Below are positions 16,326 to 23,053 of a stretch of DNA of 24,876 bases, piece after piece. Position 1 is the stretch's first letter; every line of letters begins with the position of its first letter. Under the pieces are notes generated by a model. The model had not been told where the DNA came from. It made no database searches and worked only from the letters and a program-made list of their open reading frames with translations. The stretch comes from a virus (taxonomy: Duplodnaviria; Caudoviricetes). A program made the position numbers and the translations under genes. The DNA is taken from positions 1 through 24,876 of IMG/VR virus record IMGVR_UViG_3300020044_004953; one strand, given 5' to 3'.

Positions 16326-17116
16326 AAACAACAAGCAAGCTAGTCTTAAACATCAGCGACCTACATGTGGGCTCAACAGTTGGCTTATGGCCGAAAGACT
16401 TTATCAGCAACGAAGGAAACGCAATCGGACAAAACAACTTCCAAAAATGGCTATGGGCTTGTTGGTGCGATATGCTCGTTTGGGCAGACAAGGTTATAGG
16501 CAAGGACGCTTTTGACCTTGTGATAAACGGCGACGCGATTGATGGAATCCATCACAGAACATTGCAAGTGATGACTCCTGACGTAGGCGACCAGTTTGCG
16601 GCGGTGAAGCAGATTCTTGGAGTCTTAGCTGAGAAAGCGGCAAATATCCACATCATAAAAGGCACGGAATGCCATACGACAAACTTTGAAATCGCGCTTG
16701 GTTCATTCCTAGGCGCATCGAAAGATAAGGTCACGGGACAGCACGCTTGGGACAATCTAGACTTGGAAGTTCACGGCACGCTTTACAATTTCGCGCATCA
16801 TATCAGCGCGACGGCTCGCACATACTTGGAGGCTTCCGCGCATTCGATCATGCTAGGCAATCTGACACATTCCCGCGCTAGAACTGGCAAACCTATTCCA
16901 AAGGTCATGGTTCGCGCTCACAGACACCGCCACGGCATCTGGCAAGACGGCAACCAGACAAGTGCCATTTGCGGGGCATGGCAGGGATTGACGCGCTTTG
17001 GACACAAAGTAGTTCCTGACGCTATTCCGCAGCCGAGCGCAATCATTTTCGACCATCGCACACTTGATAAAAACGAAACGCCGCTGATTCACCAGCGGAT
17101 TTACACCGCGAAATAA
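16322..17116 (+). CDS. Calcineurin-like metallophosphoesterase
   Basis: ISDLHVG, INGDAIDG, KGTECH (variant of GNH), FAHH and RAHRH motifs in the canonical order. Confidence 0.85.
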   Translation: MKTTSKLVLNISDLHVGSTVGLWPKDFISNEGNAIGQNNFQKWLWACWCDMLVWADKVIGKDAFDLVINGDAIDGIHHRTLQVMTPDVGDQFAAVKQILGVLAEKAANIHIIKGTECHTTNFEIALGSFLGASKDKVTGQHAWDNLDLEVHGTLYNFAHHISATARTYLEASAHSIMLGNLTHSRARTGKPIPKVMVRAHRHRHGIWQDGNQTSAICGAWQGLTRFGHKVVPDAIPQPSAIIFDHRTLDKNETPLIHQRIYTAK

Positions 17117-17140
17117 CTCCCATGCGAAGCATCTCGACCA

Positions 17141-17311
17141 ATGAAGCTAAAATCCAACAATAAACGTCACTCGCGTTGCCTAGCGCGCCTTGTCCGACTT
17201 TTTTTGTGCTATCTTATATGGCATCGAATAAAGGAGAAAGTTCAACTAAACAAAGTGGAACATGAATGCATCGACTGCGGATGCATCGTGGTATCCGTAA
17301 TTGAAAATTAG
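17141..17311 (+). CDS. 56-aa putative zinc-binding protein (C-x4-H...CxxC; not in the ORF track)
   Basis: Hand translation MKLKSNNKRHSRCLARLVRLFLCYLIWH...ECIDCGCIVVSVIEN. Confidence 0.55.
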   Translation: MKLKSNNKRHSRCLARLVRLFLCYLIWHRIKEKVQLNKVEHECIDCGCIVVSVIEN

Positions 17312-17385
17312 CCAAAACCTGTAAATATAACGAAAATAAAAGTATCGTAATCAAAAAATCACCAAAACACCAAAATATAATCATA

Positions 17386-17514
17386 ATGAAACAACACCCC
17401 CAAAGCGTAATCGGAGAGCGTGCAAAACCGAAAAAGCAACTGGACGCCATGAAAAAAATTCATCACGAAATTCGTGTGTATGATCTTGCCGCGCCAATCA
17501 TACATCATCTCTAG
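17386..17514 (+). CDS. Hypothetical 42-aa ORF
   Basis: A-rich leader. MKQHPQSV...IIHHL fills the gap before the winged-helix gene. Confidence 0.35.
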   Translation: MKQHPQSVIGERAKPKKQLDAMKKIHHEIRVYDLAAPIIHHL

Positions 17515-17525
17515 AATAGCACAAT

Positions 17526-17765
17526 ATGAAAACGATAGGAAACAAGGCAAAGTTACTCGCCGAACTAGCCGGCATGTATGATGACCAGATTCACGCGGAT
17601 GAAATTACCGTGCATGAATTCCAAGCGGAGATACGTCGATCTGGCGGAACGATCAGCAACCGTGCTGCGTATGCTAGGCTTAATCGCATGTGTATTGACG
17701 GCAAGCTGACGAAGCGTATTATACTCTTGAACGGAGCGCAAACTTGCGTTTTTCGTAAAGCGTAA
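17526..17765 (+). CDS. Winged-helix DNA-binding-like protein
   Basis: EITVHEF...ISNRAAYARLNRM...GKLTKR pattern. Confidence 0.6.
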   Translation: MKTIGNKAKLLAELAGMYDDQIHADEITVHEFQAEIRRSGGTISNRAAYARLNRMCIDGKLTKRIILLNGAQTCVFRKA

Positions 17766-17769
17766 AGCT

Positions 17770-17901
17770 GCAACGCTTATTCGTTTGCGAAGTGACCGCA
17801 TCACCGCCGCCGAGAACTCCCAACGCTTAACGATGATGCGGCCTGAACTGGACGCGCCATGACATGTCCGTATCTCCTTCTACGCGTGGTAGATGAGCTG
17901 C
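17770..17901 (-). ncRNA. Candidate structured non-coding RNA, about 130 nt, family unknown
   Basis: A closing stem plus four hairpins. The long 21-bp arm has 7 G-U pairs that form only on the minus strand. A promoter lies immediately upstream. Confidence 0.55.
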
Positions 17902-17905
17902 GCCA

Positions 17906-17933
17906 ACTATCGCAAATCAGCGGAGTTTGTCAA
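17906..17933 (-). promoter_or_regulatory. Sigma70-like promoter TTGACA-N16-GATAGT with extended -10 TG
   Basis: Perfect -35 at 17933-17928 and TGcGATAGT with the -10 at 17911-17906. The predicted start is near 17900. Confidence 0.6.
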
Positions 17934-18057
17934 CAATCATTTTTGATTGAGTTTCGCTAATCCTGCGCAGAATCTTATCGCAAAACCATTTTGCAAAAGC
18001 GCGACTTTGCGCGTCTTTGATTTTCCTGCGAATCTTCTTTTTGTGTTTCGGGTTCAT
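17917..18057 (-). CDS. 46-aa highly basic protein (not in the ORF track)
   Basis: ATGA-coupled to the upstream minus-strand ORF. MNPKHKKKIRRKIK...IVDKLR. Confidence 0.5.
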   Translation of the reverse strand: MNPKHKKKIRRKIKDAQSRAFAKWFCDKILRRISETQSKMIVDKLR

Positions 18058-18248
18058 AGCTCAACAAAATGGCGTTTTGCGTTATCGGGCAAGGATTCAT
18101 ATTGCGCCTCAAAATAACGCCCCATATGCGCGTTAAACAGCGGGGCGCACAGGGCGACCTCGTATGCTGTAATGTCCGTTTGCGGCTTCCATTCAAAACT
18201 ACGGCACTTAATTCCTTGTGCAAATGTTATTTGATTTTCTTCTTTCAT
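18054..18248 (-). CDS. Hypothetical 64-aa protein, near-leaderless
   Basis: The ATG is 9 nt downstream of a strong -10 box. Contains WKPQTDITAYEVA...YESLPDNAKRHF. Confidence 0.7.
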   Translation of the reverse strand: MKEENQITFAQGIKCRSFEWKPQTDITAYEVALCAPLFNAHMGRYFEAQYESLPDNAKRHFVEL

Positions 18249-18257
18249 GTCCCGCGC

Positions 18258-18285
18258 ATCATACGAAAGCGATTTCGATTGTCAA
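18258..18285 (-). promoter_or_regulatory. Sigma70-like promoter TTGACA-N16-TATGAT
   Basis: Perfect -35 (18285-18280) and 5/6 match -10 (18263-18258). Confidence 0.75.
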
Positions 18286-18296
18286 CTACTAATCAC

Positions 18297-18417
18297 ACAT
18301 CCGAAATGGATGTTTTTGCGGTATTCTTTACACGTCGCAAAAACATGGCAAGTTTTCGGCGTTTTTTTGTCACGAAAAACAGGCGCAAAACGTGACAAAA
18401 TCACCCTCGTCGACGAG
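18297..18417. repeat. Cluster of inverted repeats and a palindrome in the divergent intergenic region
   Basis: ACATCC-5-GGATGT; ATGTTTTTGCG(18310-20)/CGCAAAAACAT(18336-46); TTTTGTCACG(18365-74)/CGTGACAAAA(18391-400); palindrome CTCGTCGACGAG (18406-17). Confidence 0.8.
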
Positions 18418-18544
18418 TATTTTCCCTAACAAAACACGCGCTGCAACCATTGAGAAATAAGCAAATTTGAAAATAGTTGAAAATAATTCGTGACTTCGGA
18501 AGCGTTTTCGATTATTCATTGCGCGTCAGCCGACAATACCACTT

Positions 18545-18799
18545 ATGAAAACATCGCAATTACTAGAACTCATTATGCGCACTTTGCCATATCCCGATCA
18601 AATCCGCAACTTGCAAATCGAGGATGAGGCGGTCAGATTTGAGTGGAGATCACAGCGTTTTCGTATATCTACAACCTTGCTGGTCGAAACCGTTGGCAAT
18701 GGTGTTTTGATTGGCGATGACATATCAATCATCTTCGGTAAAATGCTAAACGTGGCGCACGTTAGCGAATTTATGGCGACACTTACTGTTACAGCTTAA
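18545..18799 (+). CDS. Hypothetical protein, first gene of the early operon
   Basis: 84 aa ORF after the control region. Confidence 0.65.
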   Translation: MKTSQLLELIMRTLPYPDQIRNLQIEDEAVRFEWRSQRFRISTTLLVETVGNGVLIGDDISIIFGKMLNVAHVSEFMATLTVTA

Positions 18800-18806
18800 C
18801 AACTCT

Positions 18807-18842
18807 ATGACCACAAAAAACGAACACGCACAAGTATTATGA
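18807..18842 (+). pseudogene. Truncated duplicate of the 5' end of the 19174 gene (MTTKNEHAQVL)
   Basis: Shares ACACGCACAAG-ATT and peptide similarity with MTKNPHAQAL at 19174. Its stop overlaps ATG 18839. Confidence 0.55.
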
Positions 18843-19174
18843 AAATCAAAATTCAGACAAACAAAACCACCGCTAAAACTGGCGATATTAAAACAAGGAT
18901 TATCAATAAGCTGGATGCTCTTTTGCCGCAACGATTTTTCAAGTGGGAGGATAGCAAGATCGCTTGCTCGGGATGCTCAAATGTTAAACTCCATAATCGC
19001 ATAGTTATCCTCTTGGCTTTGTTCACAGATGGTAACCATAACAAGTTTCATTGCTATACAAGTTTTGGAGACGTGATCAAATTTGGTGATTTTGTCGGCT
19101 ACGATATTCTAGCAAAACTAGAATCCTTTGTGGACTCAATCGACCTTGAAAACAACGTAATTGAAATTGAATAA
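18839..19174 (+). CDS. Hypothetical protein (AT-rich, probable inserted gene)
   Basis: 111 aa, flanked by a duplicated gene start. Confidence 0.65.
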   Translation: MKIKIQTNKTTAKTGDIKTRIINKLDALLPQRFFKWEDSKIACSGCSNVKLHNRIVILLALFTDGNHNKFHCYTSFGDVIKFGDFVGYDILAKLESFVDSIDLENNVIEIE

Positions 19175-19311
19175 TGACAAAGAATCCACACGCACAAGCA
19201 TTGGGAAAAATGGGAAAGAATATTCCGAAAACTCTCTCAGCCGCCGCACTAGCGCAGAGAAAGAAAGCGGCTAAGATGCCGAGGAAGAATGCGAAGAAGA
19301 AGCCATTATGA
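19174..19311 (+). CDS. 45-aa basic protein of KNPxAxALG type (not in the ORF track)
   Basis: MTKNPHAQALGKMGK...AQRKKAAK. Overlap-coupled on both sides. Confidence 0.7.
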   Translation: MTKNPHAQALGKMGKNIPKTLSAAALAQRKKAAKMPRKNAKKKPL

Positions 19312-19538
19312 AAACGGAACATCAAGCATGGCTAGAGTGGGCTGAGTATGTGGCAAAACTGAAAAACAATCTCATACATGATTTTAGGGCGGCTAACTAT
19401 GGTAAAATACATTCCGATAAAATGCACGGCAGCAGCAATGCTTATGCCGATGAAATTATCAACAAGGACACCGAAGCTAATAGGTTAATGATTGAATGGT
19501 ATAAACACAAAATTCCAACAAAAGGAGAAACGCCATGA
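19308..19538 (+). CDS. Hypothetical protein
   Basis: 76 aa, ATGA-coupled. Confidence 0.6.
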   Translation: MKTEHQAWLEWAEYVAKLKNNLIHDFRAANYGKIHSDKMHGSSNAYADEIINKDTEANRLMIEWYKHKIPTKGETP

Positions 19539-19702
19539 ACCACCGCTGCACAGTCTGCCACTCGACCAACTATCCCCGCCGCGATACGGATTGCCCGTTA
19601 TGCCGCGAAGATATGCCGACTTGTGAAAGATGCGAGCGGGAGATGCCGTATGACAGCGAGGGGCTTTGTGATAAGTGCAAGGAGAAAGATCAACAACAAT
19701 AA
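19535..19702 (+). CDS. 55-aa double zinc-ribbon protein (not in the ORF track)
   Basis: Four CxxC motifs (CTVC, CPLC, CERC, CDKC). ATGA-coupled. Confidence 0.75.
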   Translation: MNHRCTVCHSTNYPRRDTDCPLCREDMPTCERCEREMPYDSEGLCDKCKEKDQQQ

Positions 19703-19717
19703 ACGAAAAACAACATT

Positions 19718-20206
19718 ATGGGACTAGACATCAGTTATTATAAAAACATCAAGGAAATCGACTGCGTTTTTGACAGATACGGAGGCCCGATTGACCCGCA
19801 AACCAGAGAGCCACTCAGTGGGGATTATTATCAGCCGATTTGCAATTCGCATTTCCAACGTCAAGACGATGTCGATAGTGAAAAGGTTTATACCTACGAA
19901 AGCGGTCGCAGCTTCAGGGCTGGAAGTTACGGCGGCTATAACCAATGGCGTTCAGAGCTGGAGAGCTTGGTGGGGTATGCGACAAAAGCTAGCGATTATG
20001 ACTCGGGCGCATTTTGGGAGTTGATTGTTTTTAGTGATTGTGAAGGAACAATCGGCGCGGCAACATCAGCAAAGCTGGCGAAAGATTTTGCGGAATTCCA
20101 GCAAAAAGCAGACCAACACCCCGACGAATGGTTTCGTTGTCTTTACGCAGAATGGAGATTAGCATTTGAAACAGCGCAAATCAACGGGGCGGTTAGTTTT
20201 CATTAA
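19718..20206 (+). CDS. Hypothetical phage protein
   Basis: 162 aa, MGLDI start, FRAGSYGGYNQWR and FSDCEGTIG motifs. Function unknown. Confidence 0.75.
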   Translation: MGLDISYYKNIKEIDCVFDRYGGPIDPQTREPLSGDYYQPICNSHFQRQDDVDSEKVYTYESGRSFRAGSYGGYNQWRSELESLVGYATKASDYDSGAFWELIVFSDCEGTIGAATSAKLAKDFAEFQQKADQHPDEWFRCLYAEWRLAFETAQINGAVSFH

Positions 20207-20224
20207 TAGCACAATACAACAACC

Positions 20225-20491
20225 ATGAAAGACATTACAAAAAACAAACACAAGGGCAACGCGGAGAGCAATACCGCGTTTGCCGCAATCGAAAACGAAC
20301 TCACAACGCGCCAGAATGATGTTCTGACGGCGTTTCAAGATATGCCATACGCCACAAGCAAAGAGGTGGCATTTTGGCTGAATAAACCACTAAACGTAAT
20401 TAGTGGCCGCATAACCGAATTGAAGCGAATGGGGAGAATTAAACAGTTAGGACGGCGCGACGGCTGCGCAGTTTATCAGATTACACAATAA
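20225..20491 (+). CDS. Winged helix-turn-helix protein
   Basis: ATSKEVA..LNKPLNVISGRITELKRMGRI pattern. Confidence 0.75.
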   Translation: MKDITKNKHKGNAESNTAFAAIENELTTRQNDVLTAFQDMPYATSKEVAFWLNKPLNVISGRITELKRMGRIKQLGRRDGCAVYQITQ

Positions 20492-20495
20492 AACC

Positions 20496-20582
20496 ATGAA
20501 CAACGAATCCACATCATTCGACTATTTCCTAGCCTTTTGCGTCATCGCGGGGCTAATCTACGCCGCATCACAGGCAATTTAA
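20496..20582 (+). CDS. 28-aa single-transmembrane peptide
   Basis: MNNESTSFDYFLAFCVIAGLIYAASQAI fills the intergenic gap. Confidence 0.5.
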   Translation: MNNESTSFDYFLAFCVIAGLIYAASQAI

Positions 20583-20594
20583 CTAATACACTAT

Positions 20595-20786
20595 ATGAAT
20601 ACACCACAACAACAAGAAGCTGCTTACATGGCGGGAAGAATCGTAGCAATCGGAGAAAGAATCGAATTGCAAAAATGGAATTGCGATAATGCAACCGCAT
20701 TTTTAGAAGCGTCATTACGCCGCCTAGCCGAATTGCAAAATGAGCAAACCGAGTTAATTCAACAACTGAAAGAAATTACTAAATAA
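20595..20786 (+). CDS. 63-aa coiled-coil protein, paralog A
   Basis: 36/63 identical by manual ungapped alignment to the ORF at 24482-24673. Confidence 0.8.
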   Translation: MNTPQQQEAAYMAGRIVAIGERIELQKWNCDNATAFLEASLRRLAELQNEQTELIQQLKEITK

Positions 20787-20794
20787 CACACCAT

Positions 20795-20962
20795 ATGAAA
20801 AACGAAACCGACAGAACCGCTGGCATCCTTGCCGCTCGCTTGTATCTACAAAACAAGAAAGAGAAAAAACCAACATTGACAATCCTAACCCGTCCTTGGC
20901 TAGTGCCGAGCGCGATTATGAGAAACCTAACCCGCCAAACACTAATCCTTGCGCCTAATTGA
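20795..20962 (+). CDS. Hypothetical 55-aa protein (not in the ORF track)
   Basis: MKNETDRTAG...LILAPN, ending 1 nt before the RecT ATG. Confidence 0.5.
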   Translation: MKNETDRTAGILAARLYLQNKKEKKPTLTILTRPWLVPSAIMRNLTRQTLILAPN

Positions 20963-20963
20963 T

Positions 20964-21734
20964 ATGTCCGAACAAATCACCACCACCACGAAACCGCGCA
21001 CGCTGAAAGGCTTGCTTTCCGAGGAAAACGTCAAAGCGCAATTCGCGCTGGCACTTCCCAAACACCTATCCGCCGAGCGTTTTAGCCGCGTGGCTATCAC
21101 AGCGTTAACTCGCACGCCGAAGCTGCAAGAATGCACGCCTGAGAGCTTTATGCGATGCTTACTTGACCTTTCCGCGCTTGGCATCGAGCCTGATGGACGG
21201 CGAGCGCACTTGATTCCCTACGGCAAAGAATGCACGCTCATTCTCGACTACAAGGGCATTGCCGAGCTTGTCATGCGAACTGGCACGGTATCAAGCATCC
21301 ACGCTGAAAAGGTCTGCGACAAAGACGATTTTATCGTGAATCGCGGCAAGATCGAACGCCACGTTATCGACTTCAAGCAAGACCGCGGCGCGGCATATGC
21401 TTATTACGTTCTGATCACATTCAAGGACGGCAGCGAGAAAAGCGAAGTCATGACAAAGCCCGAAGTTGAAGCAATCCGCAAACGCTCGAAAGCAGGGCAA
21501 TCTGGCCCATGGGTTAGCGACTTCGATGAAATGGCAAAGAAAACCGTGTTTCGTCGCGCATCGAAATGGCTACCGCTATCCCCCGAAGTGCAAGACGCTA
21601 TCCGTAAAGAGGAAGAATCGGAATTTGCACAAGCTCGCAACGTAACGCCAACCGTGCGACATGAGCCGCTGAATCCGTTTGCTGCGACATTGCCAGCGAT
21701 TGAAACTGAAGCCATTGAAGAACCACTAGAATGA
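20964..21734 (+). CDS. recT: RecT family single-strand annealing recombinase
   Basis: ALPKHLSAERF, KLQECTPESF, AHLIPY, DYKG and GPWVSDFDEMAKKTVFRRASKWLPLS motifs. Confidence 0.93.
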   Translation: MSEQITTTTKPRTLKGLLSEENVKAQFALALPKHLSAERFSRVAITALTRTPKLQECTPESFMRCLLDLSALGIEPDGRRAHLIPYGKECTLILDYKGIAELVMRTGTVSSIHAEKVCDKDDFIVNRGKIERHVIDFKQDRGAAYAYYVLITFKDGSEKSEVMTKPEVEAIRKRSKAGQSGPWVSDFDEMAKKTVFRRASKWLPLSPEVQDAIRKEEESEFAQARNVTPTVRHEPLNPFAATLPAIETEAIEEPLE

Positions 21735-21991
21735 GCGCAGAAAAGAAAATAGACGATGGCGGTGCGGCGTTTCCATTGCGAGCGCATTCTGGCACAAGTG
21801 GAGAAATGACCCGCCCTAACGAGGGAATGACAATGCGCGACTACTTCGCGGCGGCGGCTTTACAGGGTATAATCACCAAGGGAACATATGGGGCAGTATC
21901 AATGATGAGCTGCGGTGATTCGTATGATTATGAGCGACTGGCATACATTGTCGCGGATAGAATGATCAGAGCAAGAAAGGAAACCACATGA
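21731..21991 (+). CDS. Small phage protein of GGxAFP...GMTxRDYFAA type
   Basis: DDGGAAFP, GMTMRDYFAAAALQG and AYIVADRMIRAR motifs. Function unknown. Confidence 0.8.
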   Translation: MSAEKKIDDGGAAFPLRAHSGTSGEMTRPNEGMTMRDYFAAAALQGIITKGTYGAVSMMSCGDSYDYERLAYIVADRMIRARKETT

Positions 21992-22644
21992 ACTACCGAA
22001 TCATCAACTGCGAACAAGGCACGGAAGCATGGCTAAATGCTCGCAAGGGCAAGTTAACTGCATCTGTAGCCAAAAAGATCATCACACCTACTGGCAAGCT
22101 ATCAGCGAGCGCAAAAGGGCTAATGATCGAATTAGCTACGGAATGCGTAGTCGATGACCCCATTTTACAACAACGGCAAGACAGGCTGGGTAACAAAGAT
22201 GAAATTGCATGGGGGCATTTGCACGAAAATGATGCTCGTGAATGCTTTACCTTAAAGACAGGATATGCTATTGACCAAGTAGGATTCATTCAATCCGCGC
22301 TTGCCCCTTGTATCGGATTGTCACCAGACGGCATGTTCCAGATCGGCGAATCAGCGGCAGGATTGGAAATGAAATGCCCCATAACAACTACACACGCGGA
22401 ATGGCACTACGATAACAAACTGCCAGACGATCACAAGATACAAGTGCATTTCAGCATGGCTGTTACGGGCATTAAGGAATGGCATTTCATTTCCTACTAC
22501 CCAGGACTAGAGCCGTTTATCATCAAAACAGAATACGACGAATTTACAGAGAAAGTAAAGACCGCTGCAATCGAATTTGCCGAGAAATACGCAACCGAAG
22601 CCCCGAAGATTTGGGGCAAGATTTTACCGAAAGAGAAACAATGA
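21988..22644 (+). CDS. YqaJ / lambda-exonuclease family protein
   Basis: EQGTEAWLNARKGKLTAS, WGHLHE, LSPDG and LEMKCP motifs. Partner of RecT. Confidence 0.92.
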   Translation: MNYRIINCEQGTEAWLNARKGKLTASVAKKIITPTGKLSASAKGLMIELATECVVDDPILQQRQDRLGNKDEIAWGHLHENDARECFTLKTGYAIDQVGFIQSALAPCIGLSPDGMFQIGESAAGLEMKCPITTTHAEWHYDNKLPDDHKIQVHFSMAVTGIKEWHFISYYPGLEPFIIKTEYDEFTEKVKTAAIEFAEKYATEAPKIWGKILPKEKQ

Positions 22645-22814
22645 AATACTTTTATCAGTTAATATTTCCGCTTTTAATGCTGACATTAGCATCAACAGCA
22701 AGCAATCCAGCTACAAAAGTTATAGGCGCGACCATTGCTTTGCTCATGTCAATTTGCATCATTATTGATATTGTCACTGAAATTATTGAAATCACAAAAA
22801 AGAAAAACCAATGA
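22641..22814 (+). CDS. 57-aa membrane protein
   Basis: ATGA-coupled start MKYFYQLIF, two hydrophobic segments and a basic C-terminus. Confidence 0.6.
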   Translation: MKYFYQLIFPLLMLTLASTASNPATKVIGATIALLMSICIIIDIVTEIIEITKKKNQ

Positions 22815-23053
22815 CCACAGACCAACTAATCGAGCAAGCCGCGCAACGAGTCGCAACCGCGCAGAACATCAGCGACGAGGCACTAGTTACATTCACCGTT
22901 TCTGAGCTATTGCCAGTTATCCACTACATCGGCAAACAGGAGCGACTGATTCAACAGTTCAAGGAATCGCTTAAAACATCGCTAACACGATGTGAGGGAT
23001 TTGTTGACCTGATTAACCAACTCGAAAAGGAGGGAATGAAAGAGCATGAATAA
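22811..23053 (+). CDS. Hypothetical protein
   Basis: 80 aa, ATGA-coupled, ends in KEHE. Confidence 0.65.
   Translation: MTTDQLIEQAAQRVATAQNISDEALVTFTVSELLPVIHYIGKQERLIQQFKESLKTSLTRCEGFVDLINQLEKEGMKEHE

Noticed and set aside
17166-17205. Hairpin plus T7 as a terminator, or a degenerate attC-like half-site (CLARLVR-encoding segment)
   Set aside because: The 6-bp stem is separated from the T tract by about 11 nt and lies within a plausible ORF. I found no complementary partner arm and no integrase.
17770-17870. Resemblance of UAAGCGUUG...GGU to the pistol ribozyme core, and of GGUGAUG to the fluoride riboswitch
   Set aside because: The pistol A-rich linker and a solid pseudoknot are missing, as is the fluoride riboswitch 3' pairing element. 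The alternative 21-bp arm explains the sequence better.
18297-18417. CRISPR array, tRNA, dif site or protelomerase site in the inverted-repeat cluster
   Set aside because: There are no regularly spaced identical repeats, no tRNA cloverleaf with T-loop consensus, no 11-6-11 XerC/D match and no long perfect palindrome.
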